DNA of 64,000 bases from Lobosporangium transversale (taxonomy: Eukaryota): positions 682,001-746,000 of the forward strand of contig NW_019028980.1 in assembly GCF_002105155.1 (NCBI RefSeq), given 5' to 3'. Positions 38,144 through 50,130 of this stretch are shown here, piece by piece (the first letter of the stretch is position 1; each line of letters opens with the position of its first letter). The notes beneath the pieces are model-generated. The model was not told the DNA's origin and searched no databases. It saw only the letters and a list, made by a program, of their open reading frames with translations. The translations under genes and the position numbers were made by a program.

Positions 38144-39382
38144 ATGAATCTTTCACCAACATCTCGCACGTTATTCCTTGTCCAAATTGGGACCTTCTTT
38201 TCTGGACTCATTGTCATTATTTGCTGTTGTCTCTATCTTTCAGCTTACCCTAAATCGCCTGGTGCTGGATCAGTCTCAGGCATTGCTTGTGCAACTCTTG
38301 CCTTTGCGCTTATATCTACAATAACAACACTTGTCCTTGTTTTTCGGCAAAAGTCTGGACGTACAGTTAATGCTAATATTGAAGGAATTTGGGTCGGAGT
38401 AGCTATTGTCGCTTGGATCCTTGCGTCCGTTGGGGGTATTGCTAGCCCTGCAAATGGAATGAGAAACGCGTCCTGCAAGGTGCTTCCTTCTGGCAAAGGC
38501 ACTGATGATAAGAACTATATACGTGCATGCCAATCTATGTTTGCCTCCACTGCGTTCTGTATCCTTTCTGCTCTATTTTTTATCGCCACCGCAGTCATTC
38601 TCGTCGTCTTTGCGGTCCAGCGTGCTGTTCGAGACAAGAAGGCCTCGAAGGTCAAGACTGGAGGAGCTTATCAGCTGGGACCATCACCCTCGCAGTACCG
38701 TCGTGCAGAACAAGCCCACGATATCCCCACAGAGGAACCTAAGGATATAGAGGCCACTTCACCCTCAACTGACCCCACCCCTGCCTCTGCTGCCCCGGAC
38801 ACTTCTGTTTTGAGTCCAACCACAGCTGAAGCCACGACCACTGATTGTACTTTTTCTCAAAATGTGTACCAAGACCCTGTCATTTCCACGCCCACGCCAG
38901 CTACAGTTATTCCTACACCACCAGCTGCAGCTATTCTGTCGCATACCTCGGGCACACCTTCTGCTTATAATACGTACTCCAGTAGTGGCCATGTGCCTCA
39001 GGCCAGCTACCAATCAACTGTAGGTGGCTATGAGAATAGCGGCTATCTTGGCCAGGGAGCAACAGTGACAACGGCAGCAGGAATCGGAGGACAGCAAAGC
39101 TATCATGTTCAACAAGGATCTGGCATGTCAACAGTATCGAATTCTGGATACGGTCAATACCCCCCTAACCCCTATGGCAGTGTTAATGCAGGCAACATAA
39201 ATATGTATCCTCCACAGCACACGATGCCCTATCCTCCTCAACCTCAACAGAGCGCGTATCCGATAATCGCAGCGCCTCATCAGCAGTCTCCATATGGCAA
39301 TCAATACAGCATGAATCAGCCTCCAATGCCTTCAGGCCAGCAAACTCCAGTGATGGCAATGCCTCGTCCTGAATACTTTTAA
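38144..39382 (+). CDS. Four-TM (MARVEL-like) membrane protein with Pro/Gln/Tyr-rich cytoplasmic tail
   Basis: 412-aa ORF with four hydrophobic segments in the first 160 aa, a Cys pair in the loop before TM4 and a low-complexity tail. Confidence 0.8.
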   Translation: MNLSPTSRTLFLVQIGTFFSGLIVIICCCLYLSAYPKSPGAGSVSGIACATLAFALISTITTLVLVFRQKSGRTVNANIEGIWVGVAIVAWILASVGGIASPANGMRNASCKVLPSGKGTDDKNYIRACQSMFASTAFCILSALFFIATAVILVVFAVQRAVRDKKASKVKTGGAYQLGPSPSQYRRAEQAHDIPTEEPKDIEATSPSTDPTPASAAPDTSVLSPTTAEATTTDCTFSQNVYQDPVISTPTPATVIPTPPAAAILSHTSGTPSAYNTYSSSGHVPQASYQSTVGGYENSGYLGQGATVTTAAGIGGQQSYHVQQGSGMSTVSNSGYGQYPPNPYGSVNAGNINMYPPQHTMPYPPQPQQSAYPIIAAPHQQSPYGNQYSMNQPPMPSGQQTPVMAMPRPEYF

Positions 39383-39968
39383 ACGGAAAAGCATATAGTT
39401 CCATATAATATAGTATTTCCCACATAATTTTCGCGTTTTGTGAACGTACCAACACACAATCAATCTCTTTCTCAAGTATTTCATACACATCTCCATATTG
39501 TCTATATTCAAAACAATTGCATACGTTTCTCCTTGTAATAAAACACTAAAACGCCCTGACATAACGCAAAAAATAAAGATCATCAACCCTCCTTTTTTTT
39601 TTTCGCGCATTGACATCAGTTGTAATGTAGGCGGTTTGTCCACGTGATTAATGGCATGGAAGAATGACCACCATTTGACTCTCACACGCACACACTTTCT
39701 TTCCTTTCTTTTCTTCGCTCCCATTTTTGATATCCAACTTTTCTTTTGCCCACAAAAAGTACAAATATTCTTCTAATTCGCGTTTGCCTTTTGGACTAGC
39801 ACACAAAAGTCTCATACAAGGTATCTTGTGTCGGAATAGAACTGTAATGATTACAGCATTTCAGAAGCTTTTTTTTTTTTTTTTTTCTTCGTATTATTGA
39901 CTCATCACATTACATGAACTGTTCGTAAAACAGGATTATAACAGTTATTACCACAATCCCAAAATCCA

Positions 39969-40004
<36 letters not shown>

Positions 40005-40147
40005 TATTTTTTATTATTTCACAAGTAGATAGAAGCCTCTTTATTTTCATATTCGTTTCCATTAATCCGTATTTTCCTTCTTCCTTCTTTAATACCATCA
40101 GCACTGACCATATTCATTCGTCTTCATACAACGTCAACACTTTCTCC

Positions 40148-43100
40148 ATGGGTGCCTGTTCAAGTTGTTGCGCTGGTAACGTCTGATTTCACATCTCGAA
40201 TGTCAGCAAAAATACACTTGCGCGTCCTATTATTTTATTCATACTGACAAACTCTCTTTGTCTCTTTCTCTCCTACATACTCCTGGTATCTCTTGCTCGG
40301 CCGGACGACAACGTTGACAACGACTATGATGACGACAATGACAACGCGCTCTAATGACGATTATTCCACTGAACTTCTACACTGCTCATCCATCGCTCCC
40401 CTGCAACTATCATTCTCAATTAACCCATTGCATTACGCTTTGACTCCCACCACTACCTCGGCTCTTTTATTTTATTTTATTTCTTTTTTCTTCCTTTATT
40501 CCCTACTATCGCCCGGATGGGTGCTGTTACTCTGCGGCTTTTTTTTTTTTTTTTTTTTTTTTGTGGATATCTTGGGACTTGCCGCCCTTGAATAGACCGT
40601 GATCGAAACGGTCTTTATGAGCCCGTGCTCCAGGAGAATGAGCGTGAGGCTGTAGCTGATTTGCTGCAGTTCTTGGAGAGTAAGTCGCAGGAGTATTGGC
40701 ATATTATATTCATTTAATTCATGGGAACCAGCCACGGCAACAAACACGAGTGGAAAATAAGCTTCGACATCATCCCTCTGTCCGTGGAGAAAGAGAGAGA
40801 CAATAGACGCAAAAAAAATCTTGTAGAAAGCAACGGTGGCATATTGCGTGAGACGTTTTTTATTCTTTCACGTATTCCTCCTTCCCGCTATCCTCTCTTC
40901 TTGAGTCGGATTAGGACAAGTATGGATTACTGATTGCAAAGTGACGACAGCAGAGCAGTAAACCAAAACTGGCCTTATTAATACCCATCAACCACACGCT
41001 TCCTTCTAGTTTTTTTCTTTTTCCAAATCATGTCTATACCCTATACTTTTCTATTTTTCTACCTTTTCTCCTTTATTATCCCCCCCCACCTTCTTCTCCT
41101 TGAGCGATCCTCGTGGGTATTTTATTTACGTTGTTGGATTGGATTGTACTTGTTGCTTCTTATTTTGCAATGATCTCTGTTCATCTCCTATTTTTTTTTT
41201 TTTTTTCTTATTTGATCTCCTTTTTGTTGTTTTCATTATTGTTGTTTTGCTCAAAGAAAATACCCATTGCATCTCTATATCCTAACAGGTCCCCGTGCCC
41301 AACTGAATAAATAAATGGAATGAATGGGCTGACCCTCTATCCGATCGAATGGGACTGGCTGACCAATCTTTCCTTTCACCCCCCTTCTTTCTTTCTGCAT
41401 TATATGCATCATATGATAAATTTGTAGACCGTACAGAGACAAACTTTTTTGAGGGAGATCCTCTGCGTGCTTTATCCACGTTGGCCTTCTCCGATAATGT
41501 TGACTTGCAGCGCTCGGCAGCTCTTGCATTCGCAGAGATTACAGAAAAAGGTACTAGTCTAATAATTATTGTTTGTAATTGTTGATTGTCACCATCATTA
41601 TTGTCGAATTTTTCATTTCCATCTTTCCCAGTAACCTTCTCTTGACGCCATCTGCAAGAGGCGAAAAATAATCAAGAGATGGTGAGATGGACTAAATAAG
41701 ATGATGTTTTCATGCATATCTAGTTTTCTGCATGTAACCTTCTTTATGACAACCATTTATTATAGTTTCTCACTTCTGCTAAATCTCTATTCCATTCTTA
41801 GATGTAAAGGCTGTAGATCGGGACACCCTGGAGCCTGTTCTGTTCCTTCTTCAATCACACGATGTGGAAGTCCAGAGGGCTGCCTCTGCTGCCCTGGGCA
41901 ACTTGGCTGTCAATCGTACGTTCTGGTTCCAGCTCATACAATGGGTGCATGAGAATGATATATTTCTTTTGTTGTTGTTGCTATTGTTACATCTGACCAT
42001 GGGCGCTTTGACTGAAAAATTGCATCTGCTGACTTCGCACTCGTCATAGCCGAGAACAAGTTGCTAATTGTCAAGCTCGGAGGGCTCGAGCCACTTATTC
42101 GTCAGATGCTTTCGCCCAATGTTGAAGTCCAGTGTAACGCTGTAGGCTGCATTACCAATCTTGCTACGCATGGTACGTTGAATGCATTTGCAGTGTCTAT
42201 AAATACTGTATCATTTCCTTTATTATCCTTATAATCCTTTCGCTAACATTTCTTTTTTTTTTCTTGTGTTAATTTAGATGAAAACAAGACAAAGATTGCA
42301 AAATCTGGGGCTTTGGTCCCTTTGACACGATTGGCAAAATCCAAGGATAAGAGAGTGCAGCGAAATGCAACAGGTGCACTCCTCAATATGACACACTCAG
42401 ACGAGAATCGTCAACAGTTGGTCAACGCTGGAGCCATTCCTGTGTTAGTTAACTTACTGACTTCGTCAGACACAGATGTGCAATACTACTGCACCACAGC
42501 TCTCAGTAATATTGCTGTAGATAGCGCCAACCGGAAAAGGCTTGCACAGACAGAACCCAAGCTCGTAAATGCATTGATTGGACTAATGGATTCGACCAGT
42601 CTCAAAGTAGAGTGCCAGGCTGCGTTAGCACTTCGCAATTTAGCGTCAGACGAAAAGTATCAGCTTGAGATTGTACGCTCTAGGGGCCTGACGCCCTTGC
42701 TTCGCCTGCTGCAATCGACGTACTTACCCTTGATTCTATCGTCTGTGGCCTGCATTCGTAACATCTCGATCCATCCTTTAAATGAATCCCCCATTATCGA
42801 TGCGGGATTCTTGGAGCCCCTGATTGAGTTATTGGCATACGACGAGAATGAGGAGATTCAATGCCATGCCATTTCAACTCTCCGTAACCTGGCAGCCAGT
42901 AGTGAGCGCAATAAGAAGGCGATCGTTGAGGCAGGAGCTGTGGAGCGTGTTTGCACCTTGGTTTTGAATGTACCTCTTAGCGTACAGTCCGAGATGACTG
43001 CCTGCGTCGCCGTTTTGGCTCTGAGTGGTAGGATACTTGAGAGATTATAGATTCATCTGTCTTTATGTTAAGGTATTATTTATTTGAAACTTGACGCTCG

Positions 43101-43610
43101 TTGCATTTTCTTTCTTCCTCTTTTTCTATAGATGAGCTTAAGCCAAGGCTACTTCAGCTAGGTGCATTGAATGTATTAATCCCTCTTACTGAATCGCCTA
43201 GCGTGGAGGTACAGGGTAACAGTGCAGCTGCGATTGGAAATTTGTCATCCAAAGTCGAGGACTATGGGCCGTTTATTAAGGTTTGGGACCAGCCTGAGCG
43301 CGGACTTCACGGATACCTATCCCGGTTCTTGGAAAGCCCAGACACAACATTCCAGCATATTGCGATCTGGACAATTGTGCAGTTCTTGGAGGGCGACGAT
43401 AGCGATCTGATTGAATTGATCACACGCTCGAATGATGTTATACCCGCGGTCAAGCGACTGACCACGTCGCTTGAGTCAGACCCAGCACAGCAGAATCAGC
43501 AACAGCTGGATGATGGCATGACGGACGAAAGTGAGATTGTTGGATTGGCACGACGTGTTCTGAGTATGCTGGATGTAAAATGCCAAGAGGCACGTTCATG
43601 GTTAATTTGA
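40148..43610 (+). CDS. VAC8: Armadillo-repeat vacuolar protein 8
   Basis: Exons 40148-40175 (MGACSSCC acylation motif), 40596-40679, 41428-41550, 41802-41915, 42050-42172, 42278-43027, 43132-43610. Motifs [45 protein letters not shown]. Confidence 0.96.
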
Positions 43611-44062
43611 TGTTTAAAATAAAAAATAACGGTCGTAATAATTAGGCCCCTATGACGGTCCAATGTTAGGACTTGCGCCTAAAGGTCAAAAAAAAAAAAA
43701 AAAAAAAAAAAAACGCCCCAGTGTTGTTATGACAAGAAAAAGAGAAAAAGAAACTAGAAAAAGAGAAAAGAAAAAAAAAATATTTGTTTTTGTATGCCCT
43801 CTCAAGGCCCCGTTTTTTTGAGTAACTCATAATAAATATTTACAGAGTAGTCTTTCTTACAAAGTGGACATGAAGTTATTAAACACTTGTCACATGTAGT
43901 TCTTCAATAGCATGTGTGTAAAGAATAAAAAAGTCTTGGCCAAGGATACAAGCGATGTTCCAGATTTGGTCTAGCTTGAAAGATGGTTGGGCCATGCCAG
44001 AGATGTAAATGCCAAGAGGCACGTTCATGGTTAGTTTGATGTTTAAAATAAAAAATAACGGT
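43572..44062 (+). repeat. About 62-bp direct repeat (43572-43633 and 44002-44062)
   Basis: GATGTAAA(A)TGCCAAGAGGCACGTTCATGGTTA(A/G)TTTGATGTTTAAAATAAAAAATAACGGT occurs twice, with one indel and one substitution. Confidence 0.9.
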
Positions 44063-44552
44063 TGGTCCATGCGTCTCAACGGCCAGTGTAGTCTATCCTG
44101 CATTAGTATTATAAGCAACACATGTACAGGAGAACCATGTCTGTTACCCCATCCCTTGTTCCCATGGAGAAAAGATTCCTGTTTGGTAAAGTGAACGATT
44201 TACAATTGCTCTTGATAGTGTCACTAGGAGGTTTATTTCTTAGACTCAAAAAAACTCTATCAAGTCTTGGCGTTTTATTTAATCGAATTTTGTTACATGA
44301 ATGCTATGCACCCCTTTCGTATGGCACGGACATAGACCCATTCCCTTCCATTGAACCCACACACATATAAAAAGATGAGTCTCCACCATTCATCCTTTCT
44401 TTTTTTTACAAATTTCCTCACTCACCATTACGATATCTTTCTAGCTTGCTTTAGAATACTTTCTACCATATACTCAACAAAAGACAAAAGAAAAAAAACA
44501 TACATTATTTAAGAGAAACAATCAAGTATAGGCCATAATAACCAATAGAGTC

Positions 44553-45331
44553 ATGGCCTCGTCATCATCCAGCTTGCATCTCCCTTCGTCGCCCACAAAG
44601 TCATCGCAAAGGACCCACGATCACTTTGACCCTCAGCAATCCTCATCTGGTGGTAAGACAATAGACGACGACATGATTTCGGTTCCATACAAGATTAACG
44701 CAGTACAGTTATTAATTCTATTTATTTTATTTTTTGGACAAAAACAGATCTCACCGTGATTCGATCCGATACATCCTCCTGCACAACTAAGAGTGATAGT
44801 AATAACACAGTATCCACAACTGTGTTGACAACCGCCATGGCTACAACTACAGCAGTTACAAGACCAATCACCATTGCAATGCCTGGACAACAACAGCAGC
44901 AGCAGCAACAGCAACAACCCACAACCACAACAACTCTGTCAGTCAATCCTCCAATTCCACTTTCAACCTATATCTCACTATCACAGATTGCTATCTCATC
45001 AGCACTCAAGGTTGCGATGGTCTCGACAAGTATGTCGCTCGGAGTAGCCAGGACAATTGTCTCGGGACTGGACAAGATCCTGGGAATCGCCGTCAAAGGA
45101 GCCACTGGACAAAAATCCGATGGGGGCAGTAGTGGGTATGAAATAAAACCATGTTTACAATGCCTATTATTATTACAATTAGTATTTATATACTCACTTG
45201 TAGCTAAACCTCTTCTCTTAATAGGGTTACGCCTGCCTTTGTCGCTTCTTTACCCTTTCGTGCTGTAAGAAACATGAGTAATTTTTTTTTCCTTTACCCC
45301 TTATTCCACTTGTACTTGTTTGCCATATTGA

Positions 45332-45365
<34 letters not shown>

Positions 45366-48261
45366 ATTAATTGTTTATAATTCGATTAGGCACTGTTGGG
45401 AATCAACTTCAGTGATGTGTTAGTTCAAACCATACTTGAGACTGTGGACGGATCCGTCAATTTAGCGCTCACAACTATTCAGGATGGTCTCGACTTGATG
45501 GATACACTTTTTGGATCTGATAGTACCTCCCAGACGGGCGAAACTTTCCGTGAAGTGTGGGCAATCTTGAATCGTGAATTCACACAGGATGAATCCAACG
45601 GTGGATACCCAGCCTTAGAAGGAATGCGTTTGTTGATGGCGTATGTTGCTATCCAGTTCGCAACATCGGAATTATGGGAAGGCATTCGAGTTAGGACTCA
45701 AGGTCGACTGATTGGTGAATGTTTGGAGTCCAAAGATGAGGAGATGGGCTCGAGCAATGCGTGGTCTGCACTCGCTGCTTGGCCAGAAGAATGGACACGA
45801 GGCCATCTAGCCCTGACAGAAGAAGAGTTGCTGGAGGAACAGAGGATTTTCGAGTTAAGGGAGCGTCAAGAGGGCCGTAATGCAGCATCCTGTAGAACAC
45901 CCAATATGGAGTTGACCAACTTTTTGGCCGCGTCTTATCGATTCTCAAGATTCTGTTCTGCCATGTATGGATCAACAATTTTGGAACTGATGGGTGCCCC
46001 AGAACGATACCCTCCTCCACCCCCTATCTCTGTCTCAAGCGCTTCTTCAGCTTCTCTACAACCCGGCTTGTCCCCAGCCTCGCCTCCATCCTCAACACTA
46101 CCACGGACGGCCACCAATGAGTCGGATCATCACTTCTATTGCTATACAGGAACACCATTAGGATCCATCTTGTATTCATCCGATACGGCGGCGACGGTTC
46201 AGGACGGTTACTATAGCCCTCGCTATTACCTTTTGGATGACGTTGAGACCAAGCAGATTGTACTTGTCCTGCGTGGCACTAAATCATTACATGACCTTAT
46301 GATTGACTTGACATGTGATGCTGCTGATTTATGGCTCGACCATGACACAACGCCCTTAGTGGATACCCAAGGCAACGTAGTTCCTCAACTCAACAATAAT
46401 GATGACAATGGTCAACAGAATCAGAGAAGAAAGCGCCCATTCAAAGTTCATGGTGGATTTCTAAGGGCAGCAAGGACAATTGCCTCTGCAGATACGATCG
46501 GCATTCAAGAGAAAATCAAGGCCGCATTGGAGGCTCGACCAGGTTATTCACTATTGTTGATTGGTCATTCACTTGGTGCGGGTATTGCATCGATCTTATC
46601 CATGCTCTGGGCAGATCCTGCCACGGGCCTCACACCCGAAATCCCCAACCATACGAGTGCTTGGGGATATGGCAGAGGCAAGCCAGCCACTCCCTCAACA
46701 CCTATTGGTACGGGACTAGCTTCTGGTTTAGGACTGAAGATTGGATTGACAGACGAAGATAGAGCCAGGATGTATTTGCCTGGATACCTCCCTCAAAACA
46801 ATGCAGAGTTCTTCTTGCCACCAGGTAGACGCGTGAGATGTTATGCGTACGGAGTTCCCAAGGTCATGTGCCCACGTATGAGCAAGCGTGCCATCAAGGT
46901 ATGGATTCTAAATTAAAAGATGAGAAACACATAAGGCAATAAGTTTCAATTGCAAAAAGCTAACATTTTTTTATTTTTATTTTTTTGTTCAACAGTTGGT
47001 GACAAGCATTTCGTATGGTGATGATGTTGTTGGCAGGTTATCTTTGGGTAGTGTCCGCAACATTGGCCATGCTATGCGTGCACTCCTTGCCATGCGACCC
47101 CCTGCACCCCCCTCACCACCTGCACCCCCCTCACCACCTGCCTCTCCTCCACTGGATGCAACCACTGTGTCGACTGATGTTGAAGTCCTTCATGATTCCT
47201 CTGAGACACTAGAGGAGCTTTTGGAGCAAGAGGGCATGGCCATTGATCGAGAACGTCAGCAGCGCGAGGATGCAGCAGAGCAAAAGAGACGAGAGACAGA
47301 AGCCAAGAAGGCTAAAAAAGCAGCTCAGAAGAGTATTGGGCTCGAGATTGTGCAAAAGGTGATTCGCTGGCGTCTCACAGGAGAGGAGCGACTTTTGGAC
47401 GAGTTTATGGATATTCGTCGAGCCATGCAACGAGAGATGCAGAAACATCAAGAGATCTACTCTGATTGCGATGAATTTTACCCAGAAGGAGACAATGAGC
47501 AGGAGCAAATCGATTTGAACAAGGTATCGCCGGTGTTGGTCCCTGCAGGCAAAGTGCTCTGGATTCGACCCACGTCCTTTGAGAAGGAGCTTGAGAATGC
47601 AGAGACAAAGCAACATCCCTTTGATAGCGTTGTGCATCAGTTTGAATGGGATCATCCTATTCGAAAGGATCCAGGCTCATTGCTGCTCCCAAAACCGATC
47701 TCGCAGCAACTTCAGCAGCATCTAGAAGACGATCAGTCCGATAGCGCATCAATCCAGTCGATCAAATCGACTGTCCGTTCGGGCTTGTATCATTCTCATT
47801 CTTCAGCATCTTCTTCATCCAACCTTCTTTCATCTTCCCCACCTTGCTTGAGCCGTACTCCTAGCCATCATCACTATCAACAACAGCAGCAACAGCAGGA
47901 GCAAGGCCAGCAGCAACAGTACCTGCATCCTCAACCACCTCGTCTTCAGCGTCAGGCTTCCTCGGATTCTATGGCATCGATCACCTCATCCGTATCTTTT
48001 GCAACGACGACCTCGCCTGTGTCGTTGCAACCCGGATCACAAAACACAGACAAGCTGTTGTACCGAATGTATGCAGTTCCAAAGCCTGAGAACGTGTTTG
48101 ATGAGATGTTGTTTTCGAGAAGAATGTGGTCAGATCATTTGCCATTGACATACGAGTTTATCTTGGCTGGTAAACATGCCATCCCTATCACCAACCCCGA
48201 GGCTGCAAAAGAGAAGCAAGATATCGAAGCGGCTTCTGCAAGGGGACAAACCGCAGTTTAG
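44553..48261 (+). CDS. Class 3 lipase (diacylglycerol-lipase-like alpha/beta hydrolase)
   Basis: LVLRGTKSLHDLMIDLTC, VHGGF, IGHSLGAG nucleophile elbow, CYAYGVP, DDVVGRLSLG, SRRMWSDHLP..Y. About 5 exons (44553-44652, 44748-45135, a small exon near 45225-45264, about 45390-46898, 46996-48261). Confidence 0.9.
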
Positions 48262-48350
48262 TCTCAAAAAAAAAAAAAAAAAAAAAGCTTCCTTACAATA
48301 AAATTTAATGTTTAATTTCAACAATGAAAGGGACGTTGAGTCTTTTTTTA

Positions 48351-48477
48351 TTCATGCCTGTCAGTGATTACTAGGGATCTGTGTTGCTTGCTCTTTTTTG
48401 GTTATTTACTTCACGAAATCCTGACCAAAAAGAGCGAGCAGCACAAGTCCCTAATGATTCCTGAGAACTGGCATGAG
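48351..48477 (+). repeat. Long imperfect inverted repeat (fold-back hairpin)
   Basis: TAGGGA..TGTGTTGCTTGCTCTTTTTTGGTTA pairs with TGACCAAAAAGAGCGAGCAGCACA..TCCCTA; outer TCATGCC/GGCATGA. Confidence 0.85.
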
Positions 48478-49429
48478 CATAAAAGATAAAGAAAATGGAC
48501 AAAATGCTCAAAAAGTGAAAATAAAAATCAAGAACAACGAAATAGTCTGTCCGTTATTGGTTTATCTGCTTATTATCCCAAAAGTAATTAATTTTATTTA
48601 TTTCTGTTAACAGTGAGGTCCACTCTGAGCTTTTAGCTTTGATTTCTCTTGCGTTCTCTTGACAATGAAAGTGATGACCATAGAATGTCTTTAATGCAGT
48701 ATTTATGATGGTTTAAGACAGTAATAACATTGTTGTAGACAACGAATCCTGCTTCAATGATCGTGGTGTGGTGTAGTCGTTCTGGAATACGAAATTGCCC
48801 ATTACAGCCTTGTCAAACCTTTCAATCTTTATTAAAAACAAAATGTATATGGCTAGAAAATTCCTCACTTCCTATTCTTATAAGCACGCAGTCTGTATTA
48901 CTTGCAGAGGAAACGAGATGGAAGTGGGCGGACACCTTGGGTATCGACAGGGGGGTTGGACGAATCGGAATTCGAATACCCCTCATACATTGAGCTTTTC
49001 AGCGTTCTTTATTTGTAATGATAAAAAATGAATAAGAAGGTGATCAAGATTTCAAAATAAAAAGTGATAAAGAAAAAGAAACTGAAAAGTGCTATTGCTA
49101 TAGGACGGATGTTGCCACATTTTAAAGTTTTCGTGTGTCCTAGCTACACTGCGCTCTAGTGTGATTTCCTTGGCCTTCATACTTGCGGGCATTCCAACGA
49201 TGGTACCTATACCATTGAAATCAAAGTGTTCGGATATGGTAATTCAAGTTGTTAATATGTAGAAAATGGTAAAGAAAGAGGACTGAAGATAATGCTTTCT
49301 CTTGGGTGAGATTATACCTCTTGATCTGTTCGTGTCTTTGGGGCGTCATGTGCCCAGAATATGTAATGAACACCAAGTTCATTATCTATATTCCACATAT
49401 GCTCGATGGAGGGCAAGTTGAGCATGCCT

Positions 49430-49511
49430 TTTCTGTTAGACCTTGAGGGACAACGAGTTCTTTCTATTAGGCCTTGAGGGACAACAAACCCTTTTCTATT
49501 GAGGCTTAAGG
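49430..49511. repeat. 31-nt period tandem repeat, about 2.6 copies
   Basis: TTTCT(G/A)TTAG(A/G)CCTTGAGGGACAAC at 49430 and 49461, with a partial third copy at about 49493. Confidence 0.8.
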
Positions 49512-49944
49512 TGCAGCGCCTCGCTGCAAAGCCAGGGCAATCATCCCTTTAATGACCGTCGTTTAGTATGGATAAATACTGGGCGAAGGGCTGCATACGC
49601 GTATGATAATAAATAAGACGACTGGTATGTGGGCACTGACAGGTTCGTGGTTACGAAAAAGGTTTTTTTATTCTTGTTGGCATTCGGCCGCGTCGAGACC
49701 TTAGCTAATTCCAGGCCAAGATGAAGCCTATTGCTTCCTCGATGAGCTCTTCTTGATCTCGGAGACGCGTCAACGCGGCCGAAAGGATATTTGCAGGACA
49801 AGGAAGCAACAGGCTTCTTATCACCAGAAACAGAAACGAGCGGGAAGCTTGCAAACCTGTATTCATGATCTTCGCATAGCCCCAACGACGCGAGAGATAA
49901 CCTCGTGGCGACGTCCCTCGGTACCGCGAGCAGGACGAGGCGCT
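49512..49944 (-). ncRNA. Unidentified highly structured RNA element (about 430 nt)
   Basis: GC-rich island with complementary segments 49944-49936/49523-49515, 49860-49852/49647-49639, 49817-49799/49741-49723 and 49783-49770/49696-49683. All non-Watson-Crick positions in these helices are G-U on the minus strand. Confidence 0.65.
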
Positions 49945-50048
49945 AATGAGTTGAGGAATGAGAAATAAGGAATGGAAGAGTAAAAAATAAAGACGGATTG
50001 GACGAGAAACGACCATCAATCATTTTACACCGTGAGGGCTGCCATGTC

Positions 50049-50130
50049 ACGCCATTCAGCACGCGTTTTTTGTTCCACTTTTTTATATAACTTGTATTAC
50101 ATTTAGTCATCATGCATTTTTTTATGGCGT
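50049..50130 (-). ncRNA. Candidate intronic C/D box RNA (target unassigned)
   Basis: C box ATGATGA (50113-50107), D box CTGA (50059-50056), flanking stem ACGCCAT/ATGGCGT. No guide recognised. Confidence 0.4.

Noticed and set aside
40325..40372. C/D-like motif in VAC8 intron 1 with 9-nt 18S complement (ATTATTCCA)
   Set aside because: Only 47 nt from C to D, no terminal stem, and the boxes arise from a GAC/GAT microsatellite.
49512..49944. Telomerase RNA identity for the pseudoknotted element
   Set aside because: No CCCTAA-type template 5' of the pseudoknot. The only C/A-rich stretch (TAAAAAAACCT) lies 3' of it, the wrong order. Not fully excluded because the telomere repeat of this organism is unknown to me.
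49541..50019. ORF-track ORFs of 114, 104 and 71 aa
   Set aside because: No recognisable motifs, non-ATG or intron-like starts; explained by local GC richness.
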